Translations under genes and position numbers: made by a program
The notes under the pieces: model-generated
What the model saw: only the letters and a program-made list of their open reading frames with translations
The model's database searches: none
Told to the model about the DNA's origin: nothing
Shown here: piece after piece, positions 1-9,773 of the stretch
Position numbering within the stretch: the first letter of the stretch is position 1
Layout of the letters: every line of letters starts with the position of its first letter
From: a virus
Lineage: Duplodnaviria > Heunggongvirae > Uroviricota > Caudoviricetes
DNA: 64,000 nucleotides
Reading direction: 5' to 3' (one strand)
IMG/VR virus record: IMGVR_UViG_3300031998_000033
Coordinates: 36,685-100,684 of that record

Positions 1-198
1 TCTTCTTGTCGATAGACCTGAGTTTCTTATACTTCGCATAATCGGCGGCGGTAATATTGTCATCCACGTTTATATAGAAAACATCTACTTTGTCATAGAT
101 AGTCTATCCGATAACGGCCTTTATGGCGCGCTGCAGATATTCGAACCTTTTAGGATACGTCGTAAGGCTTACTATAAATTTTTTTCCATTATCAGTCA
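1..198 (-). CDS. Hypothetical protein, N-terminal part; gene runs off the left edge. One in-frame TAG near 104-106.
   Basis: Minus-strand ATG at ~196-198 with an AT-rich upstream region. Reads MTDNGKKFIVSLTTYPKRFEYLQRAIKAVIG(TAG)TIYDKVDVFYINVDDN... Missed by the ORF track because of the TAG. Confidence 0.4.
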
Positions 199-242
199 TT
201 TGCCACCGTTTAAATTATCTAATATCCATTATATAATATACA

Positions 243-276
243 AAAAAGGCAGGCTTTTACAGCCCGCCTTTTCAGC
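243..276 (-). terminator. Rho-independent terminator after the tail-fibre gene
   Basis: Imperfect GC hairpin ggcgggctgtaaaagcctgcc followed by TTTTTT on the minus strand, just after the TGA stop at 295-297. Confidence 0.55.
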
Positions 277-294
277 AATTCATCCCACTCCGGT

Positions 295-3200
295 TCAATC
301 TGAAAGCTCGTCGCGGATGTCCATAAAGCATTTCACGACTGCGCTCAGCCCGGCGCTGAGGTTCGAGCTCAGCTCGTCAGACGGGAACGTGAGCGTGATG
401 GCGTCGCAGATTTTCGCCTTGACTTCGGCCGCCACTGAATCCCGAATCATGTCATGTATTATGCTCCCGAGGCCTACGACATATTCGCCGGCTCCGCGGA
501 ACTCAACGCCGACGGCATTATCCAAAACCTGCTTATAATCTGGATTTCCGTTATCTGCCGTCAACACCAGACGGTCTACGACGCCGGAGTGGACCGACAG
601 GTTCGGAATCTTGATATATCCTTCGGACGTATCAGTCGTCATGCCGGCTTCCAGCAATACGCTTGTCGTCGCATTGCTGAGCGCATCTATGTTATGAGCG
701 ACAATAGAGAACGTAGCCGGTGTTTCGCCGTTGTATACGTGAACGCTGGCGTTTTCCTCGTTATGTATAGGCAGATAGTTGCTAAGACTGGAATTTATTC
801 TTTCAACCTGAGTTTCTACCGCCTAAACGGCTGAAACCGTCGCATAAGAAGAAAGTCCGACTTCCAGGTCTTCAATTCTTCCGGAAAGCGCTGCGTCGGC
901 TGCGTCGATTTCGGCCGAACTTGAAGTCTCGGTCTTCTTGTAATAGCCGCTGAGATTAACGGATGCCGTCAAATCGGCCAACGCCGCGGATATCTGGTTC
1001 GACGACGAAGTCTCTGTCTTCTTGTAATAGCCGCTGAGATTTTCAAACGAAGGCAGGCTGTCGAACGCATTCTATATTTCTCCGGCCGACGAAGTCTCAG
1101 TCTTCTTGTAATAACCGCTGAGATCGACGGATGCCGTCAAATCGGCCAACGCCGCGGATATCTGGTTCGACGACGAGGTTTCCGCCTTAGAATAATAGCC
1201 GTCGGAAAGCGCCTAGGCTGTAACGAAATCGGAAAGCCTGCTTTCTACAGCTTCAAGATCGGCTACCGTCGCGTACCCGGACAAATCGACCGAAACATCG
1301 GCGAACGCATCAGACAACTGAGCCGCAGAAGACGTTTCTGTTTTCGGATAGAACAGGGACGAAATCCCGCGCAGATCATAAATACGCGCAACCGTATCGG
1401 GCTTAACTTCTTGGCCGGGCTTGGTGAATTCGTATACGCTGGCCTGATCGCCCGTCTTCGTCGTAATAACGAAACCGGCCGTACCATCTCCGAGTTCGTA
1501 GTTTTCGTTTTTAGAATCGAGCTTTTCAGCAAGTCCTTCAACAGACGCGACCTTGCTCCAATCGAGGCAAAACGTCTTATCGTCCGACAGCTCGATTCCG
1601 TCGCCGGACGCGCGGTATACGTCTATGAGGTCGGCGACGTCGCAGGATACGGTTTTTGTCCTGCCTTCCGCAAGCTCTATAACAAAAAACAGCGCTTTTG
1701 ACGACAGCCCTGAAGACACCTCGTATTCAGCTATGTACGCGTCCGAAAGCATTCCGTCGAACGCAAGCTTCGACACGTCCGCGGTAAGCGTCTGGCCGCC
1801 GAACTCAATATACAGGCTCTGTTCGGCATCGTCGTAGCCGAACGATTTCGCGCTGATCTCGTCGAGCCTGGACTGAAGCGTCCTGCCGTTGAAAGTTATC
1901 TCGCCGCCGTCTATCGTCGTCTCGCCGTTTTCGGTCTTGACTCCGAATACGCCGGAAACCTCGCCGCCTTCAAGAGAAAGCCGTTTTTCGACCGCGGCGG
2001 AAAGCGCGTCGTCGCCGGCTGTCCTGTCTTGAATTTCCTGGGCAAGCCTGGCGTCGAGATCGTCAAGGCGTCCGACGATCTCGCTCTGGGAAATGTCGAA
2101 TATCATGAACCGGCGGCCGCTGTCGACCTCCTGAAACCTGAAGGACGTGCACTTGCCGCATTCGACCAGCATCTCGGCGGGAGACCCGTCGTCGAAATAT
2201 ACGGGATCGCCCTGCGGGGTCATAAACCTAACATTGGCGAAACGTCCCTGTTCCGCGGCGCGCGGCTGGAGCATAAACAAAAACTCGCGGGACTTCGTCG
2301 ACCCGTCCGGCTTGTCAGGAATTTCGATTACGATGTCGCCTACGCCGTACTCCCAATATCCCGCTTTATCGTACCTGCGCCTGAACTCGAGGTTCGGATA
2401 TCCGCCGGATCCGCCTCCGACTGGCCTGATGTCGAACTTGTTGGATTCGAAATCGCCGTCCGTCGACTTTACGTAGACGAGCTCATATTGCGTATCATTG
2501 CAAGTCCTGGCCGATACGCTGGAATCAAAGCTGTATTCGTTAAGCCCGAGTATCTGCGCGAACTTGATGTCATAATCCGCGTCCGAATAGGCGATAAACT
2601 TGCATGAACCCGTCTCGGAATCATACCCTTCGACGTGTCCGACGATCTGATTCGTGTCAGGATATACCACGAAGGCATCCGGCATGTCGTAGTTGACAAG
2701 CCTGTTGACGGCGAATTCGCGGGCCTTGATAGGCATAGCCGGCCCGTCGTCCATCGTATAGATCTCGTATCTAGCCGCCCCGTCGGCGTATGCGGTTAAA
2801 GCCGAAGATATCGCCTCATCGGCGGCCTGACGGACAGAACGCTCATTGTCAAAAGCCGCGCTTAGGCCCGAAATCTCAGACGCGGTCTGCTCATCGGCGG
2901 CGCGGCGCGCGTTAGATTCCGATTCAAGCGCCACGTATACGCCAGCGGAAAGCGCCTCGACCGTGTCTTTAAGCCCGTCCAATACGCCAGAGAGGTCGGG
3001 GGGTATGGCCGATACGGAATCGCTGATCGCCTGAATGTCCGCGGCGCATTCGCCTATGGCGTCAAGCAGATCCTCATGAACGTACGTCGAAAGTTCCTAA
3101 AGCTAATCGCCAAACGTTCCAAGCTCTATCCTGCCGCCTTCCGACGTTTTAAGGACTGGATCTACAAGCGTCGCGCCGTAAATATCAACAGACGACAGCG

Positions 3201-3369
3201 TACCCTGGAAAATTTCAGCTTTTCCTTTAATACCGCCTGAAAAAGTACCCCAATATTCGTTTTCTTCGTTATAAAAACGGACTTTCTAAGTCGTAACACG
3301 ATCCTCAGGCTTAAACCCGACCGTTATCGTCTCTTTGACGCGGTTCTTCAAATCTGTATAAGTAGACAT
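295..3369 (-). CDS. Tail-fibre-like protein of about 1024 aa, read through 7 in-frame TAG codons
   Basis: ATG at 3367-3369 with an aggaa RBS; TGA at 295-297. Track ORFs 1213..2982 and 295..657 and the unlisted segments between are all one frame. They are separated only by TAG at 3286, 3103, 3097, 1213, 1072 and 823. Tandem repeats LSGYYKKTETSSSNQISAALADLTASV x3 (about 880-1210) and a fibre-like motif VDIYGATLVDPVLKT. Confidence 0.7.
880..1210 (-). repeat. Three near-identical ~87-nt coding tandem repeats inside the tail-fibre gene
   Basis: The unit gtctcggtcttcttgtaatagccgctgagat...gccaacgccgcggatatctggttcgacgacga recurs at about 920, 1010 and 1090. Confidence 0.8.
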
Positions 3370-3468
3370 TGCCGATGGTTTCCTTCTGGCTTGATTTATC
3401 AAATCTATTTACTTAAAAGGAACCGACAAACAAATATGCGCATTGAATGCGTATATAACGGCAATATA

Positions 3469-4083
3469 TCAGCTTTTTTTAGATTCGTCTATCAGTTTCG
3501 ACAACGGAAAATGAGCTTCGAACGCCGCAAGGCTGGCCTTTTGCTCGGGAGTCAATCCCGCTTCCATCTTTCTGGCTTCGGAAACAGCCATTTCCCAGTA
3601 TTTTCTAGAATATTCGTCTATATTTGGATCATACTGCCCGCCGCCGCCCATGCCGGCTATCAGCTATTCTATAGACGGCGTAACGCCCCATTCTCCCAGG
3701 CCGGGCGCATTTCCAATATGCCTGATCTCGGGACGAGCCGGCGCCTGCCTTACGACGCGCCCGGTCTTGAAGTCCAACACGGTGCCGTCATACGTCATAA
3801 ACAGGTCCGACCTTCCCGAGACAAACCCGGACTAAGGAACTTCGGCCCCGAGCATAGCGTCCGGCGCGGTATCCGGAACGGTAAGCCTCCTAGACGCGCC
3901 GTATTTTGCCTCGTACTCCGGCGTCCCGTACATCGGCTGATCCTGATTGGGGACGGTCAGGTTCTTTGCATCCTTGCCGGTATGGCTTATGTACCCGCCC
4001 GCCGCGGCCTTGTGCACGTTGTAGTTGCCGAAACGCCGCTCATTAAACGGATTGGCTTCCGGATAGATCGTCCTGCCCATCAT
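3469..4083 (-). CDS. Hypothetical protein of about 204 aa, read through 2 TAGs (3832-3834, 3664-3666)
   Basis: Track ORFs 3832..4083 and 3469..3651 are in one frame and joined only by TAG codons. Stop is TAA/TGA at 3469. Confidence 0.5.
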
Positions 4084-4750
4084 AGAAATGGAAATTCCTA
4101 GTTATCTCCAGCCATTCCAGCATTTCGGCGTCCATCGAAGACGGAGGAACATGCATGACCTGCCCGGCGACGAGGTCTTTTCCGTATTCCCGGACCCAGC
4201 TTCTCACGGTGTCGGGCACCTTAATCCCCCTGCCGTCAGCGACTTTGGCCAGCCCCGGTATCCATTTGCCGTTGAACAGCCTGAATACGAACACCGACGA
4301 GGCAATCTCGGAAACGTCGTCCATCTTGCCGACCAGGCCTTTGCGGTAGAGGTCATTGTACAGCAGGCCGGCGTAAGTGAGCAGCCCTCCGAACTTTTCG
4401 TCTTCGGTCTTGGACTCGTCCTTGAAGTCCAGAAGCCCGACGACTTCGTCCGGACTGCGCCCGTCCAGTTGCTTTAGGACCGACTTAACCGAGCTGGCGT
4501 CTATGAACGCCTGATCGAGGTCCGGAACATGCGCCGCCGCGATCTCCCTACAGCGCGCCGCCGACATGACGTACAGGAACGGGCATGCGAAGTCCACGCC
4601 CGGCCTCTGGATAAACTCCAGTACCGCATCGTCATCGTAAAGCACACCGAGGCCGACAAGCCGCCTAAGCAGCCTGGCGACTTCGCCATATGTCATGTCC
4701 CGCGTATAAGGTGTGTCTCTGCTTTCCGTATTTTCCATGTCTGTCCTCAC
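4043..4750 (-). CDS. Hypothetical protein, 235 aa, no TAG
   Basis: Intact ORF. 4-nt overlap with the upstream kinase-like gene suggests translational coupling. Confidence 0.5.
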   Translation of the reverse strand: MRTDMENTESRDTPYTRDMTYGEVARLLRRLVGLGVLYDDDAVLEFIQRPGVDFACPFLYVMSAARCREIAAAHVPDLDQAFIDASSVKSVLKQLDGRSPDEVVGLLDFKDESKTEDEKFGGLLTYAGLLYNDLYRKGLVGKMDDVSEIASSVFVFRLFNGKWIPGLAKVADGRGIKVPDTVRSWVREYGKDLVAGQVMHVPPSSMDAEMLEWLEITRNFHFYDGQDDLSGSQSV

Positions 4751-5325
4751 GTTACTATCTGGTGTCCGCCCATGCGCTCCACGACATGCTGGACGATTAT
4801 GTCGGCGCTCATCAGGTCGCCCTCGACCTCCTTGAAGTCGACGCCGTACGCCTTGAGCATTTCCTTGATCTGTATCCCGTACTTATCGGACTCCTCCTCC
4901 GTCTGCAGGCGCCCAACCGGGTTGTACTTCTTGACGCGCCTGAGGAAGTAGTTCAGGTTATCGTAGCGCGCGGATATCGTGTAGACCAACTGCTTGAGAG
5001 ACTCGTCTATCTCGGGATCCTTGTTGTAGAACGGGCTGAGGAACAGCGGCGAGTCGGTGACGATCACATCGACCTTTCCGGCGCAGCGACTCATCCTGTA
5101 GTACTGCTTCGCGAAGATGTATATCTGGTTGGAGAGCGCCTCGTTGTTCTTCTCCCAGACCTTGTCCTTCGCGAACTCTGTGACGAGCTCGCAGTTGACG
5201 CCCATCATCTTAAGCTTCGCGAATACATAGGCGGCAAGTGTAGATTTGCCTGAACCCGGAGGACCGAACAAATTTATCGAACAAACTTTTTTATCTATAT
5301 TAATACCAGCTTCAGCCATTGCCAT
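4747..5325 (-). CDS. P-loop NTPase or nucleotide-kinase-like protein (AAA_33-like)
   Basis: Walker A motif NLFGPPGSGKSTLAAY and Walker-B-like IVTDSP. 192 aa, no TAG. Confidence 0.55.
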   Translation of the reverse strand: MAMAEAGINIDKKVCSINLFGPPGSGKSTLAAYVFAKLKMMGVNCELVTEFAKDKVWEKNNEALSNQIYIFAKQYYRMSRCAGKVDVIVTDSPLFLSPFYNKDPEIDESLKQLVYTISARYDNLNYFLRRVKKYNPVGRLQTEEESDKYGIQIKEMLKAYGVDFKEVEGDLMSADIIVQHVVERMGGHQIVT

Positions 5326-5514
5326 TGACCTTCTCCACTATCATCTTATAGTCTGCGTATACTGCGCCGTCTTCATCCCATGTCGCGTCGACTACTGTTT
5401 TTCCGTTGGCGTCGACAACTTCGCATATCAGCGTCTTGGATCCGCCGCTACGCCTTGTCTTAAGCCTCCACGGCAGCGGGCTTATGGCGTGCTTCGGTAC
5501 TTTTGGCGTCCTCA

Positions 5515-5898
5515 TTACAGCGTAAACTCCCCGCCCTGGCCTTTAGTCGAATTAACTACAGCCACATCTCCGCCGGTCGCGATCTTAATGCCGGATATCT
5601 CGGATTTATAGCCGCCTACGAGTTCCTTCTCGATCTCGTCCTCCGTCAGCGTATACATGATCTGAGTAAACGGCACAGTTAAATTCTTTTCCAGACGCTT
5701 AACTGTAAACGGCGCGCATACGGGCTTTATAGCCACATGGACATCGCCGCGCATTGTCGGAACCATCATCACAAGGCGCGGATCCTCCAGATTGACGCCA
5801 ATAGGAGACCAACTAGATAAATTAGTCTACGGCATTTCCTTGCCTATGACTATCTCTCCACCATAAAGACGCATCAAAACTATCTTACTCTCTTCCAT
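5515..5898 (-). CDS. Hypothetical protein of about 127 aa with one in-frame TAG at 5827-5829
   Basis: ATG at 5896-5898 with an aggat RBS. Track ORF 5515..5772 is the C-terminal part. Confidence 0.45.
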
Positions 5899-5921
5899 GA
5901 TTATCCTTTCTTTTTAAAAAA

Positions 5922-7112
5922 TTATACTTTCTTATATCCGAACCGCAAAACCAACGTATTCATGAAGTTGACCGCGTATACGGAGACGAGAACACCGAAC
6001 AACGCCGCCTGCGAAAGAGATAATACCGACAGGACAAACGTCGACACGGCGAATGCGAACAGGCTTGCAAAACCCCATGCGCTGAGAAGCAGCCCATGGC
6101 AGAAGCTGAGTTCGGAACTGCCGTACCGCTCAAGCAGCACAGCCGGCGCCATCGCGAAACCGCATCCGTAACACGCGTTGACGATAATAAACGAAATCGG
6201 GGCGCACCGCGGATCGACCAGCACCAAAACAAGCGCGACTATCTCGAGGGCAAGGGCGCACAGCCATGAGTCAACGCGCCGACCCATATAGTCGCTTACG
6301 GCCGGAAACAGAAGGCGCCCGCCGCCGTTTGAAAGACCGCACAGCATCATTACGAATACAACAGCGCCTTCAGTAAGGCCGGACTCGGAAAGCATACCGG
6401 CGCATTGCCCGATTATCACCAGCCCCATGGCGATATTAAGGAACATGAACGTCCAGCACTGCAGAAAATAAGAATCCGAGACATACTTCAAAATCGAATA
6501 CGACTTGCCAGTCTGTTTTTTCAACGCGGCTTTCGCATACTTCGGCTTATCTATCATTATAGACCCTATAGACATCGAAAGCAAATAAACGCCCGCGAAA
6601 AAGAAAAACACGTTCTCTATCCCGAAATACGGAAACGCGTATTTGAACATATAAGAACAGATCGAAGAGCCGAGGCCGAAAGACACTATGGAAATCGCCA
6701 TTATAAGCGCCTTGTGGCTGGACTTGCCGAACCACAGCAGAAGGTTCTTGACCGGCGTGACGTACCCGACGCCTTCGGCAAGGCCACACAATACGCCGCA
6801 TCCGGCGTACAAAAGCCACACATTTTTAACATGCATCGCCAACGCCGATACGCAAAGACCGGCGAACAGCAGCGCTGTCGAAAGCCATGCCGCGCGCTTG
6901 ATGTTCTTCTCGACAAGCGAACCAAACGTGGCGGCTCCCATGCCAAGGAAGAAAATATTCAGGCAAAACGCGAACTGAACCGCGGCCTTAGACGCGCCGA
7001 GGCATCCCTGCGCCGGTCCAGAAAATAAGCTGAACGCGTACGTCCAGCCTATCGCCGTCGTCAGGAGAAAACACGGAATCAGCGACTTGCTCGCTTTATA
7101 TAAAAAAGACAT
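5922..7112 (-). CDS. MFS transporter (oxalate/formate-antiporter-like), about 396 aa, no TAG
   Basis: About 12 predicted transmembrane helices in a typical MFS layout. Likely start is MSFLYKASK at 7110-7112; the track ORF extends to 7190. TAA stop. Confidence 0.6.
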   Translation of the reverse strand: MSFLYKASKSLIPCFLLTTAIGWTYAFSLFSGPAQGCLGASKAAVQFAFCLNIFFLGMGAATFGSLVEKNIKRAAWLSTALLFAGLCVSALAMHVKNVWLLYAGCGVLCGLAEGVGYVTPVKNLLLWFGKSSHKALIMAISIVSFGLGSSICSYMFKYAFPYFGIENVFFFFAGVYLLSMSIGSIMIDKPKYAKAALKKQTGKSYSILKYVSDSYFLQCWTFMFLNIAMGLVIIGQCAGMLSESGLTEGAVVFVMMLCGLSNGGGRLLFPAVSDYMGRRVDSWLCALALEIVALVLVLVDPRCAPISFIIVNACYGCGFAMAPAVLLERYGSSELSFCHGLLLSAWGFASLFAFAVSTFVLSVLSLSQAALFGVLVSVYAVNFMNTLVLRFGYKKV

Positions 7113-7322
7113 CGTTATACCTTCTTCTTCAATGTTCCAAGAAAACACGCGGCGGCTTCGCCGGTAAGCTCGAACGGGCCAAACCCGCATACGCTGGCGA
7201 ACCTTGCCATGCGTTCCGCGGCGTCAACATCGGCGCCCCCGACCACAGCCTTCAAATACAGCTCTGGATCGGTGTTCGCCAAATCAGCGGCGTTCACTGT
7301 CTTGTCCCAGTCTACGTTCATA

Positions 7323-7748
7323 TCAAAGCTTCTTCAAGAAAAGTTCCTTGGCGTACGCGGACGCAAACTTCCGATCGGCGTTTTTTGGCAGCGCTTTCAT
7401 AACGGCGCCTATATTCGCGGCGCCCGAAGCCACGGCGTCGTCCACAAGCCTGCGCGTATCGTCTTCGGAGAGAAGAGCCGGGACAAAAGCCGAAAGGCAT
7501 TCCAATTCCTTTTTCTCCTTTTCCGCCAGTTCGGCCCGTCCGGCGTTTTCGAACTGTTCAATGGCTTCGCGCCGCATCTTAACAGCCTTGGCCGCACATG
7601 CCGCGACCGCGTCGTCGGTAACGGGCTTTCCTTCGTTCACAGTCTTGTTCTTTACGTCTGAGAGAAGGCAGCGCAGGCAATTCCGCTTCACGTCGTCGTG
7701 CGCAATCATGGCCTTCTTTATTTCTTCCTGCAGTTTCTCGTATATCAT
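7323..7748 (-). CDS. GatB/YqeY-domain protein, 141 aa
   Basis: Full-length resemblance to YqeY-family proteins (KRNCLRCLLSDVKNKTVNEGKP...AELAEKEKKELECLSAFVP). No TAG. Confidence 0.6.
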   Translation of the reverse strand: MIYEKLQEEIKKAMIAHDDVKRNCLRCLLSDVKNKTVNEGKPVTDDAVAACAAKAVKMRREAIEQFENAGRAELAEKEKKELECLSAFVPALLSEDDTRRLVDDAVASGAANIGAVMKALPKNADRKFASAYAKELFLKKL

Positions 7749-7785
7749 AGAGTATGAATTTACGTAGTGGTTCTTGTTAAAACAA

Positions 7786-8823
7786 TTAAATGATTTTATA
7801 GCCGGGTTCTAGCACGGGCCATTCTTTTACTTCTGTCTCATAATAATAATCTATCCATTTAGAACCGTCCCAGCATACCGTGTCGCTTATCGACATTCGC
7901 TCCCCGTCCGGACCATGCGCGACGCAACGAAGGTAGCATGCATCCCCAGGCTTCAGTCCGCCGGCGGCTTCGCGCTCGACCGCAAACTCTTCGACACTGG
8001 TAAACGCATGCGCCGGCTCGTATATCTTATCGGGCGTAAGACCTATGCGCGGAAGCACGTTCACCTTGCTCTCATTCAGATTCCTCGCCCTGACATAGTA
8101 TGAATAGCCTGAATGCCTGTCGGAAACATATCCGCGATCGACATAGCCCATATTTCTGAAGAACCGGCCGTCTCCGAGAGAAACATAGTCAGAACATCCA
8201 AGTTTCATGTCATTATAATAAAAACCGAACCCAACGCGGCCGTCGGCGCCAAATGTAAAACCGCATTCGGATTTGAAATGCGCCCTGTTGCGAAACTGGC
8301 CGCAGCCGCACAGAAATTTCGCGTTATTCCCGTCTAAGGTCCTGAGCGGATCAAAAAGCGCCGGATCCGCCTTCGCATCGTCGTTGAAGCCAAGCTTGAC
8401 GTATATGCTGTCAGACCGCTTGTTGACTTCGATAAGCCATGCGCCGCCGTATGTTTTCTCCATTTCAGCTATGAGATCCGCGACGCACAGCATGAACTGA
8501 GAGTGTTCGTAGTTCTTTTTCCACGCCGGAAGCGAAAGGAAAAACACGCCGAGATTATGCGAGACTTTCAAGCCGGACACCAACCGCGCACACTGGAACA
8601 CCGAATGCGGGTTTCCGAGCACATCGTAATAATGCAGTACACCTATCAGGCCTGGAGACTCGAACTTCTCCGAAACGCGCTTGCATATGGCGTCGAGATC
8701 CGAATGCCGTTTTTCAGTATGCGGAACATGGCACCAGACTTCGTCGAAGTTCTTGTCATAATTCAACAGCAAATCCGCCTTGAATTCAATGGGATTCTTT
8801 GAAAAATATATAGAATTACGCAT
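7786..8823 (-). CDS. Hypothetical protein, 345 aa, no TAG
   Basis: Intact ORF. Confidence 0.45.
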   Translation of the reverse strand: MRNSIYFSKNPIEFKADLLLNYDKNFDEVWCHVPHTEKRHSDLDAICKRVSEKFESPGLIGVLHYYDVLGNPHSVFQCARLVSGLKVSHNLGVFFLSLPAWKKNYEHSQFMLCVADLIAEMEKTYGGAWLIEVNKRSDSIYVKLGFNDDAKADPALFDPLRTLDGNNAKFLCGCGQFRNRAHFKSECGFTFGADGRVGFGFYYNDMKLGCSDYVSLGDGRFFRNMGYVDRGYVSDRHSGYSYYVRARNLNESKVNVLPRIGLTPDKIYEPAHAFTSVEEFAVEREAAGGLKPGDACYLRCVAHGPDGERMSISDTVCWDGSKWIDYYYETEVKEWPVLEPGYKII

Positions 8824-9256
8824 TTTCGTCAGACTGGTTTTCTTTAGCGTAGGATTTCTCGACTTCCGACAAATACCTATCGATTACGTCTGGGTCGAAG
8901 TTTGAAATAGTCTTGTCCTCTTTCTTCCACATAAGAAGAATCGCTTCTACAACCTCGCACGCGTTTTCGCCTTCTTCCATATGCAGGAAATGATTAACTA
9001 TATTGAATTCGAACAGCTTGCTTTTCACTGTACCGTCCTTTGCGACGGCGCATAGAAAATTAATAGGCTGAAACCCATAGAACGACTTCTTGTCGCAGGC
9101 TAGAGACGCGTCGCGGTGGAGGATCTGCCCGTCTACAACATACCTCGCATACTCGGCGCTCTTCATTTCGCGGCGCTTATCCGCAGTAAAAAGATCTAAA
9201 GCAAGACGTCTTTTCGCCGTATTCAAAAGACGCGTAATGTTTTTTCTATTAAGCAT
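8816..9256 (-). CDS. Hypothetical protein, 146 aa
   Basis: Intact ORF. First gene of the leftward block that diverges from the terminase operon. Confidence 0.45.
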   Translation of the reverse strand: MLNRKNITRLLNTAKRRLALDLFTADKRREMKSAEYARYVVDGQILHRDASLACDKKSFYGFQPINFLCAVAKDGTVKSKLFEFNIVNHFLHMEEGENACEVVEAILLMWKKEDKTISNFDPDVIDRYLSEVEKSYAKENQSDENA

Positions 9257-9389
9257 ATTAAAATTATCCGAAAGCAGAAAACGAACGGTACGTCTTTTAA
9301 ATGTTTTTTCTTCAGTTAAGACATATTAAAAAGTAAATCCTATTCTAAATAAATTCTAAAAACGAATAAATTCTAAAACTGATGTAAAT

Positions 9390-9773
9390 ATGAATATGGA
9401 TATGAATATGAATACGAATCAAGACAGATAGCTTTCGCATATTAAAAAACCCGGCGAAATAGACAGGATTTCCAAAGAAGAATTCGAATACCGCATTTCG
9501 GAAATCGCGAAATGCAAACGCGACATCAATTATTTCGCATCTAAATATTTTCGCATAATCAGCTTGGATTAGGGTCTTTAGATCATAAACCCATATCCTA
9601 AGCAGAAAGAACTTCTTGATTTTTTTGTACATGAAAACCGCGCGATAATAATAGCGTCGAGGCAGACCGGCAAATGTGTTTGCAAAAATACAAAAATCAA
9701 AATTAAAAATAAAAAGACAGGCGAAATAGAAGAATTGACAATTGAAGATTTCTATAAACGGTTTAAATTATAA
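9390..9773 (+). CDS. terL: Large terminase fragment A: N-extein ending in Walker-A SRQTGK, fused to a 32-aa N-intein (IntN1). Three in-frame TAGs.
   Basis: Frame-3 translation gives ...YFASKYFRIISLD(TAG)GL(TAG)IINPYPKQKELLDFFVHENRAIIIASRQTGK|CVCKNTKIKIKNKKTGEIEELTIEDFYKRFKL, then TAA at 9771. The extein resembles T4 gp17 (YFKI..SLDHGL...YQRDLLK.MHENRF...LSRQLGK). Missed by the ORF track. Confidence 0.7.

Noticed and set aside
880-1210. Regular ~87-nt direct repeats (possible CRISPR-like array)
   Set aside because: The repeats are in-frame coding repeats of the tail-fibre protein with no unique spacers. No CRISPR array is present.
9345-9632. Minus-strand ORF of 95 aa with an HIHIHIHI repeat
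   Set aside because: It is the antisense of the (ATGAAT)n start region of terminase fragment A (MNMDMNMN...), which has strong gp17 homology on the plus strand.
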